Below, piece by piece: positions 9,701 through 18,767 of a DNA stretch of 53,557 bases. Under the pieces are notes generated by a model. It had not been told where the DNA came from. It made no database searches and saw nothing but the letters and a program-made list of their open reading frames with translations. Every line of letters begins with the position of its first letter. The first letter of the stretch is position 1. The stretch comes from Bacteroidales bacterium (lineage in GTDB: Bacteria; Bacteroidota; Bacteroidia; Bacteroidales; UBA12077): assembly GCA_028282585.1 (NCBI GenBank), contig JANQHR010000086.1, forward strand, positions 1-53,557, given 5' to 3'. The translations under genes and the position numbers were made by a program.

Positions 9701-10091
9701 CTAAATTAGGTTGTATACCAGCTGTTCCTGATGGTATATCAATTGGTATTGTGTAAGTTAAAGCACCTGTGGGCAAAACATTATAATTACCTTGCATACT
9801 CCCTACTTCAAGCTTCGTGTCAAGTTCATAGTCATCTGGGTCAATTTGACTACTTTGATATTCTACATTGCAAATTATATTAGGGTCAAGTACAAAGGCA
9901 ATATCAGGCCTGGTGGTTGCAGAATGATTAAAACCTGATTTTAACGTAATTTGATCTCTTGCTTTAAAAACTCCTCCTGTCGAAATGATCCAAGAGTCAT
10001 TTATCTGAGTTGAAAAGGTTTGTGTTTTTTGAGCGTATATAATATTTAAATAAAAACTAACGGTTGCAACTAAACAAAATATCTTTTTCAT
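3786..10091 (-). CDS. RHS/YD-repeat polymorphic toxin with SpvB-like and FG-GAP (TcB-TcC-like) regions and an HExxH C-terminal tip
   Basis: Signal peptide ending IYA-Q; SpvB-like [34 protein letters not shown]; repeated DFxGDG; YD repeats; RHS core [40 protein letters not shown]; Gly/Ala zipper; HEYLH. Confidence 0.92.
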   Translation of the reverse strand: [2101 protein letters not shown]

Positions 10092-10096
10092 AACTA

Positions 10097-10213
10097 TTAT
10101 TTATTTTCTAATTCTTGAATTCTTTTGTTTTGAACTTCATTTTCCTTTTTAAGTTCAATTACATAGAGGGTAAGCTCCTCAATTTTTTGCAGTAGTTTAG
10201 CATTCATTTCGCC
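10097..10213 (-). pseudogene. 3' remnant of a second fibre-like gene abutting the RHS start
   Basis: Reads GEMNAKLLQKIEELTLYVIELKKENEVQNKRIQELENK*; in-frame TGA at 10217-10219 upstream; stop lies 5 nt before the RHS ATG; absent from the ORF track. Confidence 0.85.
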
Positions 10214-10556
10214 ATATCAATTTTAGTAAAACTTTGGCTTGTTGAAACGTTAAATTACCTATACTATTTATGTTCAAATTTGAAATTTTAGTTAATAACA
10301 ATAAATTCTCTCAATAAAGGTTAAGCGAAAATAGTATTAGGCTTCAATATATTTTATGTTTTAAAACACAATTTTAAATTGCAAGCTTTAAACCGTTGCT
10401 ATTGTGATCTCTGTCTAATATTCATAGAAATCAATTCAATAAATTTATTAGTCTTACTTTTTACAAAACTGTATTCATAACATATTAAGATGTTGTAGAC
10501 TATGCCTATTTTTAAGCATTTAACCTCGTATATCCAGATAATTAAGTATTTAATCT

Positions 10557-10564
10557 TATCTTTG
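10557..10564 (+). promoter_or_regulatory. Bacteroidota primary-sigma -7 element for lysS-gpsA-pgi
   Basis: TATCTTTG matches TAnnTTTG, intergenic upstream of lysS. Confidence 0.55.
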
Positions 10565-10748
10565 TACGGTTTTTCAGAAAAGTAGGGATAAAATGTAAAA
10601 CTGTGGGAATAATGGAATAGTGGATGATGATCATTATATGATACTTAAAACCGTTCCAATAATCTAATAATCCTCTCAATTAAATGATTTTACATTTTAA
10701 TAATTAAAAAGCATTATTACACCAAAATATAAGTAAAGGAACAATTGT

Positions 10749-12479
10749 ATGATGAATTTAGAATTAAGCGAACAAGAAGTTATTCGCAGGCAATCGTTAG
10801 AAGAGTTAAGAAAATTAGGAGTTAATCCTTATCCTGCAGCTAAATATGAAGTAAACACTTCATCGGAAGAGATTCTTTCTAAATTCGATCAGGAAAAAAA
10901 TAACTTCCAGGAAGTGAGTATTGCCGGTAGAATTATGAGCAGAAGAATTATGGGAAGTGCTTCGTTTGTTGAGCTTCAAGACGATAAAGGAAGAATTCAG
11001 GTTTACTTTAAACGTGATAACATTTGCCCGGATGAAGATAAAACATTATACAATACAGTATTTAAAAGATTACTGGATATTGGAGATATTATCGGTGTTA
11101 AAGGAAATGTATTTATTACAAAAGTTGGAGAAATTTCGGTTAATGTAACCGAATTTACCATATTAAGTAAATCCATAAAACCTTTGCCGGTTGTTAAGGA
11201 AAAAGATGGTAAAACGTATGATGCTTTTACTGACCCTGAACAACGCTACCGGCAACGTTACCTGGATTTGATTGTAAATCCGCAAGTTAAAAATGTTTTT
11301 GTACAACGTACAAAGATTATGAATACCATGCGTGATATGTTTAATGAGCGTGGTTATTTAGAAGTTGAAACTCCAATTCTGCAACCAATACCGGGAGGGG
11401 CAGCAGCCCGTCCATTCATTACACATCACAATGCATTGGATATTCCGTTGTATTTGCGTATTGCAAACGAACTCTATTTAAAGCGTTTAATTGTTGGTGG
11501 GTTTGATGGTGTTTACGAATTTTCAAAAGATTTCCGAAATGAGGGAATGGATCGCACTCATAATCCCGAATTTACGGTGATGGAAATTTACGTTGCTTAT
11601 AAAGATTACAACTGGATGATGGAATTCACCGAAGAAATGATTGAAAAGGTTGCATTGGCTTTACATGGAACTACAAAAGTGAAAATTGGGGAAAACGAAA
11701 TTGATTTTGAGGCTCCTTATCGCAGAATTACAATGATTGATGCAATTAAAGAGCATACAGGGATTGATATAAGTGGAATGAGCGAAGAACAACTCCGTCA
11801 GGTTTGTAAAGATTTAGATATTGAAATAGACGAAACCTTTGGTAAAGGAAAAATGATCGATGAAATTTTCGGCGAAAAAGCAGAACCACATATGATTCAG
11901 CCAACTTTTATTATTGATTACCCGGTTGAAATGTCTCCATTATGTAAAAAGCACCGTGATAATCCTGAATTAACTGAACGTTTCGAATTAATGGTTAATG
12001 GAAAGGAATTATGTAATGCATATACCGAGTTAAACGATCCGATTGACCAATTAGAAAGATTTCAGGATCAATTAAAACTTTCTGAAAAGGGTGATGATGA
12101 AGCCATGTTCATTGATATGGATTTTGTTCGCGCATTGGAATATGGAATGCCACCTACATCAGGAATGGGAATTGGAATTGACCGGTTAACCATGTTCATG
12201 ACCGGACAGGATTCAATTCAGGATGTATTATTCTTTCCACAAATGCGACCAGAAAAGAAAGCACAGAAGGATGATGTTTCAGCTTATACAGAACTTGGAA
12301 TACCAGAAGATTGGGTAGCGATTGTTCAAAAAGCGGGGTATCTAACTGTTGAAAGTTTAAAAGAAGTTAAACCGGGAGCTTTACACCAAAAAATTTGTGG
12401 AATCAATAAAAAAAATAAGTTGGGATTACAGAATCCAAGTCAGGATGATGTAGAGGGATGGATTGAAAACATAAAGTAA
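10749..12479 (+). CDS. lysS: Lysine--tRNA ligase (class II) with Bacteroidales C-terminal extension
   Basis: [53 protein letters not shown]. Confidence 0.98.
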   Translation: MMNLELSEQEVIRRQSLEELRKLGVNPYPAAKYEVNTSSEEILSKFDQEKNNFQEVSIAGRIMSRRIMGSASFVELQDDKGRIQVYFKRDNICPDEDKTLYNTVFKRLLDIGDIIGVKGNVFITKVGEISVNVTEFTILSKSIKPLPVVKEKDGKTYDAFTDPEQRYRQRYLDLIVNPQVKNVFVQRTKIMNTMRDMFNERGYLEVETPILQPIPGGAAARPFITHHNALDIPLYLRIANELYLKRLIVGGFDGVYEFSKDFRNEGMDRTHNPEFTVMEIYVAYKDYNWMMEFTEEMIEKVALALHGTTKVKIGENEIDFEAPYRRITMIDAIKEHTGIDISGMSEEQLRQVCKDLDIEIDETFGKGKMIDEIFGEKAEPHMIQPTFIIDYPVEMSPLCKKHRDNPELTERFELMVNGKELCNAYTELNDPIDQLERFQDQLKLSEKGDDEAMFIDMDFVRALEYGMPPTSGMGIGIDRLTMFMTGQDSIQDVLFFPQMRPEKKAQKDDVSAYTELGIPEDWVAIVQKAGYLTVESLKEVKPGALHQKICGINKKNKLGLQNPSQDDVEGWIENIK

Positions 12480-12484
12480 ACTAC

Positions 12485-13477
12485 ATGAGAAAACCAAAAG
12501 TAGCAGTTTTAGGTGGAGGTAGCTGGGCAACAGCGATAGTTAAAATACTTCTCGAAAATGTTGAACATATCAACTGGTATATGAGAAGCCGCGAAAAAAT
12601 TAAATGTATTAAGCAGCATAAGCATAATAATAATTATTTAAGTTCTGTTACCCTCGACACCAATAGAATTGCACTTTTTAGTAATATTACCAAGGCTATT
12701 GAAAATGCTGATGTTTTAATATTTGCTATTCCTTCGGCTTTTTTAAAAGATGCATTAAAGAAGCTTACTGTAGATATTAATGATAAAATTATTGTTTCTG
12801 CCATAAAAGGAATGGTTCCAAAGGATAACCTGATCATTGGTGATTTTTTTAACCGGCAATATGATGTTCCATTGGAATCAATAGCAGTTATTTCTGGCCC
12901 ATGCCATGCAGAAGAGGTTGCTTTAGAAAGATTATCCTATTTAACTATTGCATCACAAGATCTGAAAAATGCTCGTTTAGTTGCTGATATTTTAAGTACA
13001 CATTATGTAAAAACAAGTATTTCTGACGATATTTATGGAACTGAATATTCGGCAGTACTAAAAAATGTATTTGCTATTGCAGCAGGAATCTGCCATGGAT
13101 TAGGCTATGGAGATAATTTCAATGCAGTATTAATTTCAAATGCCATACAAGAAATAAAACGATTTGTAGATGTAGTACACCCAATTAAACGTGACATTAA
13201 AAGTTCCGCTTACCTTGGAGATTTAATGGTAACTGCCTATTCGCAGTTCAGCAGAAACAGAACTTTTGGAAATATGATTGGCAAGGGATATTCGGTAAAA
13301 TCGGCTCAATTAGAAATGAATATGATTGCAGAAGGTTACTATGCGGTTAAATCGATCATGGAAATTAACAAAAACTTCATGGTAAATATGCCAATAACTG
13401 AAGCAGTTTATAATATTTTGTACGAGAAAATTTCGCCTGCAATTGAAATCAGGTTATTGACAGAAAATCTTAGATAG
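12485..13477 (+). CDS. gpsA: NAD(P)H-dependent glycerol-3-phosphate dehydrogenase
   Basis: VLGGGSWATA, SGPCHAEEV, LKNVFAIAAG, GDLMVTAYSQFSRN. Confidence 0.96.
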   Translation: MRKPKVAVLGGGSWATAIVKILLENVEHINWYMRSREKIKCIKQHKHNNNYLSSVTLDTNRIALFSNITKAIENADVLIFAIPSAFLKDALKKLTVDINDKIIVSAIKGMVPKDNLIIGDFFNRQYDVPLESIAVISGPCHAEEVALERLSYLTIASQDLKNARLVADILSTHYVKTSISDDIYGTEYSAVLKNVFAIAAGICHGLGYGDNFNAVLISNAIQEIKRFVDVVHPIKRDIKSSAYLGDLMVTAYSQFSRNRTFGNMIGKGYSVKSAQLEMNMIAEGYYAVKSIMEINKNFMVNMPITEAVYNILYEKISPAIEIRLLTENLR

Positions 13478-13496
13478 AATTTAAATTTTGTTTGTT

Positions 13497-14837
13497 ATGA
13501 AACATTTACAAGTTGATTTAAAAAATGCATTATCATTTGTTAATCAGAATGATTTTAATCAATATAGAGATTTCGCAAAAGAACAAAATGAAAAAGTAAC
13601 CAATAAAACCGGAAAAGGAAACGATTTTTTAGGTTGGGCTGAATTACCTGATAATATTTCACAAGAACATCTTCAAGATATTAATGAAACAGCAAAATTT
13701 TTAAGAGAAAAATCGGAGGTAATTGTTGTAATTGGTATCGGGGGTTCTTATTTGGGGGCAAAGGCCGTAATTGAAGCTTTATCAGGCCAGTTTGACCATT
13801 TAAAAATAAATAAAGAAAATCCACATATTTTGTTTGCCGGGCAAAATTTATCCGAAGATTATCATTTCGAGTTATTAGATTACCTAAAAGATAAAAATTA
13901 TTCTGTAATTGTAATTTCCAAATCAGGCACAACTACTGAACCTGCAATTGCATTTCGTTTATTCAGAAAAGACCTGGAAAATAGATTCGGGAAAGAAGAA
14001 GCATCAAAAAGGATTGTTGCAATTACAGACGTAACAAAAGGAGCGTTAAGAAATCTATCAGATCAGGAAAACTATAAATCCTTTATAATTGATGATGACA
14101 TTGGAGGAAGATATTCGGTATTAACTCCGGTTGGGTTACTTCCTATAGCATGTGCAGGTTTTGATATCATTGAACTGATTAAAGGTGCAAAGGAAATGAT
14201 GCAGATTGCAGAAACTGATTTTGATAAAAACCCGGTATTTCAATATGCATCTATAAGACATCTGCTTTATACCAAAAATAAAACTACTGAGATTTTAGCC
14301 AATTACGATCCGCGATTGAATTTTATAGCTGAATGGTGGAAACAGTTATATGGCGAAAGCGAAGGGAAGGAAAATAAAGGGATCTTTCCTGCAAGCGTAA
14401 GTTTCACTACTGACCTTCATTCACTTGGGCAATATGTACAAGAAGGTTTAAGAAATATTTTTGAAACTGTAATTTCAGTTGAAAAAACTAAGTTTAACCT
14501 TACTATTCCTGATGATGAAGATAATTTTGATAAGTTAAATTATTTAGCTGGAAAACCTATTGATTTTGTAAATAAAATGGCCGAACTAGGAACTACTCTA
14601 GCACATATTGACGGGGACGTACCAAATGTAAAAATTACTTTACCTGAAATTTCTGAATTTTATATTGGTGAATTAATTTATTTTTTCGAAAAAGCATGTG
14701 CAATTAGTGGTTATTTATTGGATGTAAATCCTTTTGATCAACCGGGAGTTGAAGCCTACAAAAAAAATATGTTTGCATTACTTGAAAAACCAGGATTTGA
14801 AGAAGAAACTAAGACGATTAAAAAAAGAATAGATTAA
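13497..14837 (+). CDS. pgi: Glucose-6-phosphate isomerase
   Basis: IGIGGSYLG, SKSGTTTE, GGRYSV, QLYGESEGK, DLHSLGQ, PFDQPGVEAYK; ATG at 13497 preferred over TTG at 13488. Confidence 0.97.
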   Translation: MKHLQVDLKNALSFVNQNDFNQYRDFAKEQNEKVTNKTGKGNDFLGWAELPDNISQEHLQDINETAKFLREKSEVIVVIGIGGSYLGAKAVIEALSGQFDHLKINKENPHILFAGQNLSEDYHFELLDYLKDKNYSVIVISKSGTTTEPAIAFRLFRKDLENRFGKEEASKRIVAITDVTKGALRNLSDQENYKSFIIDDDIGGRYSVLTPVGLLPIACAGFDIIELIKGAKEMMQIAETDFDKNPVFQYASIRHLLYTKNKTTEILANYDPRLNFIAEWWKQLYGESEGKENKGIFPASVSFTTDLHSLGQYVQEGLRNIFETVISVEKTKFNLTIPDDEDNFDKLNYLAGKPIDFVNKMAELGTTLAHIDGDVPNVKITLPEISEFYIGELIYFFEKACAISGYLLDVNPFDQPGVEAYKKNMFALLEKPGFEEETKTIKKRID

Positions 14838-15262
14838 TTCTCTATTTTAACATTAATTTTTGCAAGTTTTTCATTTATCAGAACCATCTTATTCATATTC
14901 TTAAATGAAAAAAAATCTTGTTCCTCGTTTAAGAAATAATAAATTTTAAGAGAATTACGAAGAATCTTTCTACTTTCTCTTAAGTTATTCTGTTCCAAAA
15001 GAATATCGCCTTTTTCTGATAAAATTTCTGCTAAAGAAACTAAATGTTCCGAAGTAAGTTCTTTTTCCTGTTTCAATGCGTCTATTAGAAAATCCTCTGA
15101 AACGGAGTACATAAAATCTTTATCACACTTAAAATATTTTTGTAAAGCCTCATCGATCTTCTCAATAGCCTCTCTGAATCTTCCACTCCTCCTTAGTTCT
15201 ATTAAAACCGAAAGAACATCGGACACCTCATCTATTAATTTTAATACATCTTTGTTTTTCAC
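14834..15262 (-). CDS. Hypothetical helical/TPR-like protein (possibly DUF6483-like)
   Basis: 142-aa ORF with amphipathic helical pattern; convergent 4-nt overlap with pgi. Confidence 0.55.
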   Translation of the reverse strand: MKNKDVLKLIDEVSDVLSVLIELRRSGRFREAIEKIDEALQKYFKCDKDFMYSVSEDFLIDALKQEKELTSEHLVSLAEILSEKGDILLEQNNLRESRKILRNSLKIYYFLNEEQDFFSFKNMNKMVLINEKLAKINVKIEN

Positions 15263-15514
15263 TATTTAATTAAAGTTTAAAATTACTAAATAGCAAGATG
15301 GTTGGTAAATGCCGGAATAGGTAAATGTAAATATATGAATCTTTAAGCAGAAAGTCGAATGTGAAATTTCTTTTTTTGACTAAACTTGAAAAAAACTATA
15401 TTAAAATAGCATTTTAAAACTTCAATCCATAATCTAATTTTTATCGTGTAAAATATTATTTTTCAATTTTTAAAATCAATTGTTTATTTTTACGCCCGTT
15501 TTAATATTTGAAAT

Positions 15515-16459
15515 GTGTTTGCAGAGTCTTTAGAATTTTTAGATACTATCCGATTAAATTTTAATCAAGACGGATTAATTTTTTTAAATTTAACATTAGC
15601 GTTTGTAATGTTTGGTGTTGCTCTGGAACTCAAAACCGAGCGATTTAAAAAAGTATTTACTAACCCGAAGTCAGCATTTATTGGTGTTTTATCACAATTT
15701 GTTTTAATGCCGGCTCTTACGCTTTTGTTAGCATTAATCATAAATCCTTCACCAAGTATCGCGCTTGGAATGATATTAGTAGCTGCATGCCCGGGTGGAA
15801 ATATTTCAAACTTTATGACAGCCATGGCAAAAGGGAATACTGAGCTTTCTGTAAGTTTAACGGCTATAGCTGATTTTTCTGCCCTTTTTATGACTCCATT
15901 CAATTTTGCATTCTGGGGAAAAATCTATGCATCTTTTTATTCTAAAGGATCAGGTTTAATAATTCCAATAGAAATTGATGCTTTTGAGATGTTTAAGACA
16001 ATGGTTATATTATTAGGAATTCCTTTAATAATAGGAATGGTATTCTCTTATAAATTTCCAATCATCACAGCTAAAATTGTTAAACCTATAAAAATATCTT
16101 CAATTGTCATATTTGGAGGGTATGTAGTAGTAGCATTAGCATTAAATTGGGAACATTTTGTTAATTATGTTCACCTTGTATTTTTTATTGTATTAATCCA
16201 TAATGCACTAGCGTTAATCACTGGTTTTTCAATTGCTTCATTATTTAAAAGAAACAGGAAAGATATAAGAACCATAACGATAGAAACGGGAATTCAAAAT
16301 TCAGGACTGGCACTGGTACTAATTTTTAATCCTAAATTGTTTAATGGGCTCGGAGGAATGGCTTTTATAGCTGCACTTTGGGGAGTCTGGCATATAATTT
16401 CCGGATTAGGAATGGCTACATGGTGGTCTAGAAAATCTATTAAAAACTCTACAAATTAA
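15515..16459 (+). CDS. Bile acid:sodium symporter (BASS) family transporter
   Basis: MFGVAL, QFVLMP, AACPGGNISN, IETGIQNSGLA; many TM helices. Confidence 0.92.
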   Translation: MFAESLEFLDTIRLNFNQDGLIFLNLTLAFVMFGVALELKTERFKKVFTNPKSAFIGVLSQFVLMPALTLLLALIINPSPSIALGMILVAACPGGNISNFMTAMAKGNTELSVSLTAIADFSALFMTPFNFAFWGKIYASFYSKGSGLIIPIEIDAFEMFKTMVILLGIPLIIGMVFSYKFPIITAKIVKPIKISSIVIFGGYVVVALALNWEHFVNYVHLVFFIVLIHNALALITGFSIASLFKRNRKDIRTITIETGIQNSGLALVLIFNPKLFNGLGGMAFIAALWGVWHIISGLGMATWWSRKSIKNSTN

Positions 16460-16461
16460 TT

Positions 16462-17814
16462 ATGGCGGTTAACAGGAAAAATATTGAAAAAAAATCAATA
16501 TTCTACTCAATTTTAAGACCTTACGTTGATCTAATTACCAAGACGTATTTCAGAACAAAGGTTCATAATATTAAAAATGTTCCAAAGGATGATATCATTA
16601 TTTATGCTCCGAATCATCAAAATGCTTTGATGGATGCATTAGCAATTTTAGCAACTGTGCATACCGAACCTGTATTTTTAGCAAGAGCGGATATCTTTAA
16701 AAAGAAAACTATTGAGAAAATTCTGACATTTCTCCGTATACTACCTATTTATAGGATTCGCGATGGTAAAGAAAGCCTGGGAAATAATGATGCTATATTT
16801 CAAAAAACCATAGATGTACTTAAAAATAAAAACGGCTTAGTTATTCTTCCTGAAGGAAATCATGCCGGAATAAGAAGATTACGAACCCTTAAAAAAGGAA
16901 TATCAAGAATAGTTTTTGAAGCCGAAGAAGCAAATAACTTTAAACTGGATATTAAAATTGTTCCTGTCGGATTGGATTGGAGCAATTATATCAATTTCCG
17001 AAGCAAGTTGTTTGTAAATTTTGGGGAACCTATAAGCGTTTCTGAGTATTACGAAGAATATAAAAAGAATCCTCCTCGCGGAATGAATCTGTTACGCGAA
17101 AGAGTTGCCGTAGAATTAAAAAAATATATGATCCATATCCAACATGATGAGCATTACAATATGTTTGATCAGATTAGATATATTTATCTTCCAAAAATGA
17201 TAAAGAAAATGGGCTTTAAACGCAATAAACAGCCAAATCAGTTTTATGCCCAGAAGGAGATTATAAACAAGTTAAATCAATTTGTGGAAGAAAAACCTGA
17301 AGAGACTGGGGAACTTTCTAAGAAGACTGAACAATATGCAGAGTTAATTAAAAAGTTAAATTTCAGAAATTGGGTTGTTAAGAAGCCAATTTATTCACCT
17401 CTAGGTATTTTATTCCAATCATTATTAATGATTCCTTTGTTTCCGTTGTATTTAATTGGTGGAATCATGAATTACCTTCCATATAAAACAACTGCTTGGA
17501 CAACAAAAAAAATTAAGGATCCTCAATTTATAAGTTCAGTACGGAATGTATCAGCATTAATTCTGTTTACCATTTATTATCTGATATTAATAATCATTTC
17601 GTTATTTGTAAATCAACCATGGTGGTTAAAACTATCGATTTTAGTTTCATTGCCATTTGCGGGACTGTTTGCATTTCAGTATTATATTGAAGTTAAAAAA
17701 CTTTGGGCAAGAGTAAGGTACAATTTTATGAGCTGGTTTAAGAATAAAGATTTAAAAGAACTTAAACAAACCTATAATGAGATAATCCATAAAATGGATG
17801 AAATAACAAAATAA
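16462..17814 (+). CDS. PlsC-family acyltransferase with C-terminal TM helices
   Basis: PNHQNALMD (HxxxxD), FLARADIF, LPEGNH, IVPVGL. Confidence 0.88.
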   Translation: MAVNRKNIEKKSIFYSILRPYVDLITKTYFRTKVHNIKNVPKDDIIIYAPNHQNALMDALAILATVHTEPVFLARADIFKKKTIEKILTFLRILPIYRIRDGKESLGNNDAIFQKTIDVLKNKNGLVILPEGNHAGIRRLRTLKKGISRIVFEAEEANNFKLDIKIVPVGLDWSNYINFRSKLFVNFGEPISVSEYYEEYKKNPPRGMNLLRERVAVELKKYMIHIQHDEHYNMFDQIRYIYLPKMIKKMGFKRNKQPNQFYAQKEIINKLNQFVEEKPEETGELSKKTEQYAELIKKLNFRNWVVKKPIYSPLGILFQSLLMIPLFPLYLIGGIMNYLPYKTTAWTTKKIKDPQFISSVRNVSALILFTIYYLILIIISLFVNQPWWLKLSILVSLPFAGLFAFQYYIEVKKLWARVRYNFMSWFKNKDLKELKQTYNEIIHKMDEITK

Positions 17815-17846
17815 AAAATGGAAGCAGTACATATTGCTTCCATTTT
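17815..17846. terminator. Bidirectional intrinsic terminator
   Basis: aaaatggaagca...tgcttccatttt 12-bp inverted repeat between convergent genes. Confidence 0.8.
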
Positions 17847-17865
17847 AAATATGTAGAATTAGAAT

Positions 17866-18477
17866 TTATCTATAAGAATAAGCCGTACCATATAAGGTAA
17901 CAGCAGGTATTTCTCCAAAAGCGACATTCGTTTTCTTTCCTGTTATTAAAACTATGTTTGCATTTACCAATGCAGCCTTTCTTCTTAATACAATTGTAGC
18001 AGTTCTTTCCAATGATTTGGGTGTCGCATATCCTCTATCGCTTCCTTCAGCCTTTGCTTCCAATTTAGCCACTTCAATTAAACCCTCAACATCATCAGGG
18101 TCATCAGTCACTTTTACCTTTCTATAATCGTTAACTTCTCTAACATCCGGAGCCGTTTCGTTAAGAACTTCTACCCTTCCTGTTTTATATTCAATTTTAT
18201 GAACCAAGCGTTGATCCATTTTTTTAACCTTAGTATCTCCAGGTAATGCATAATACAAATCATTCAGATAAATTTTCTTGACATTAACAAACATTTTGGT
18301 ACCGTCATGTTGATAGATAATATCTGTTTCTTGTTGTTTAGTTTCCTCCTTTTCAGCCGGTTCTTGCTCCTTTTTTTCCACAACAGTGGTGTCAGTTTCC
18401 TCAGGATAAATAATCTGCGCATTCAATGCAGTATTTAATAATATAAGACTTAATAAAACAAAAAGTGTATATTTCAT
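17866..18477 (-). CDS. Secreted hypothetical protein
   Basis: Signal peptide ending LNA-Q; upstream TATTTTTG promoter motif at 18510-18517 (minus strand). Confidence 0.7.
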   Translation of the reverse strand: MKYTLFVLLSLILLNTALNAQIIYPEETDTTVVEKKEQEPAEKEETKQQETDIIYQHDGTKMFVNVKKIYLNDLYYALPGDTKVKKMDQRLVHKIEYKTGRVEVLNETAPDVREVNDYRKVKVTDDPDDVEGLIEVAKLEAKAEGSDRGYATPKSLERTATIVLRRKAALVNANIVLITGKKTNVAFGEIPAVTLYGTAYSYR

Positions 18478-18703
18478 AACTGTAGCTTTTTAATCGTAGT
18501 TCCTTTTTACAAAAATAACAGATAAATAAAAATATTCAAGTAAGTAAAGATTAATCTAACCTAAACTATTCAAGAATAATGCTACTAAGGCAAGAAAATC
18601 AAAGGTTTGATGAGGTTTAATCTTTAATTTTTTATTGTCAAGATCAACCATAATTTGAAAATATGATATTAAGAATATGACAAAATAAAAAATCGCACCA
18701 AAT

Positions 18704-18744
18704 AAAAAAGCTGCCTCATCCCAATATATATAGGGAGGGGCAGC
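18704..18744 (-). terminator. Intrinsic terminator of the ArcE-like gene
   Basis: gctgcc...ggcagc GC-rich stem followed by a T6 run on the minus strand, 23 nt after the stop. Confidence 0.7.
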
Positions 18745-18767
18745 ACTAATACATTTAGAGAATATTA

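Noticed and set aside
3786-10091. T6SS effector or complete Tc toxin complex
   Set aside because: N-terminus is a signal peptide rather than PAAR; no VgrG, Hcp or TcA in this window (cannot be excluded elsewhere)
12250-12479. C-terminal extension of LysS as a novel fusion
   Set aside because: As I recall, a common feature of Bacteroidales LysS
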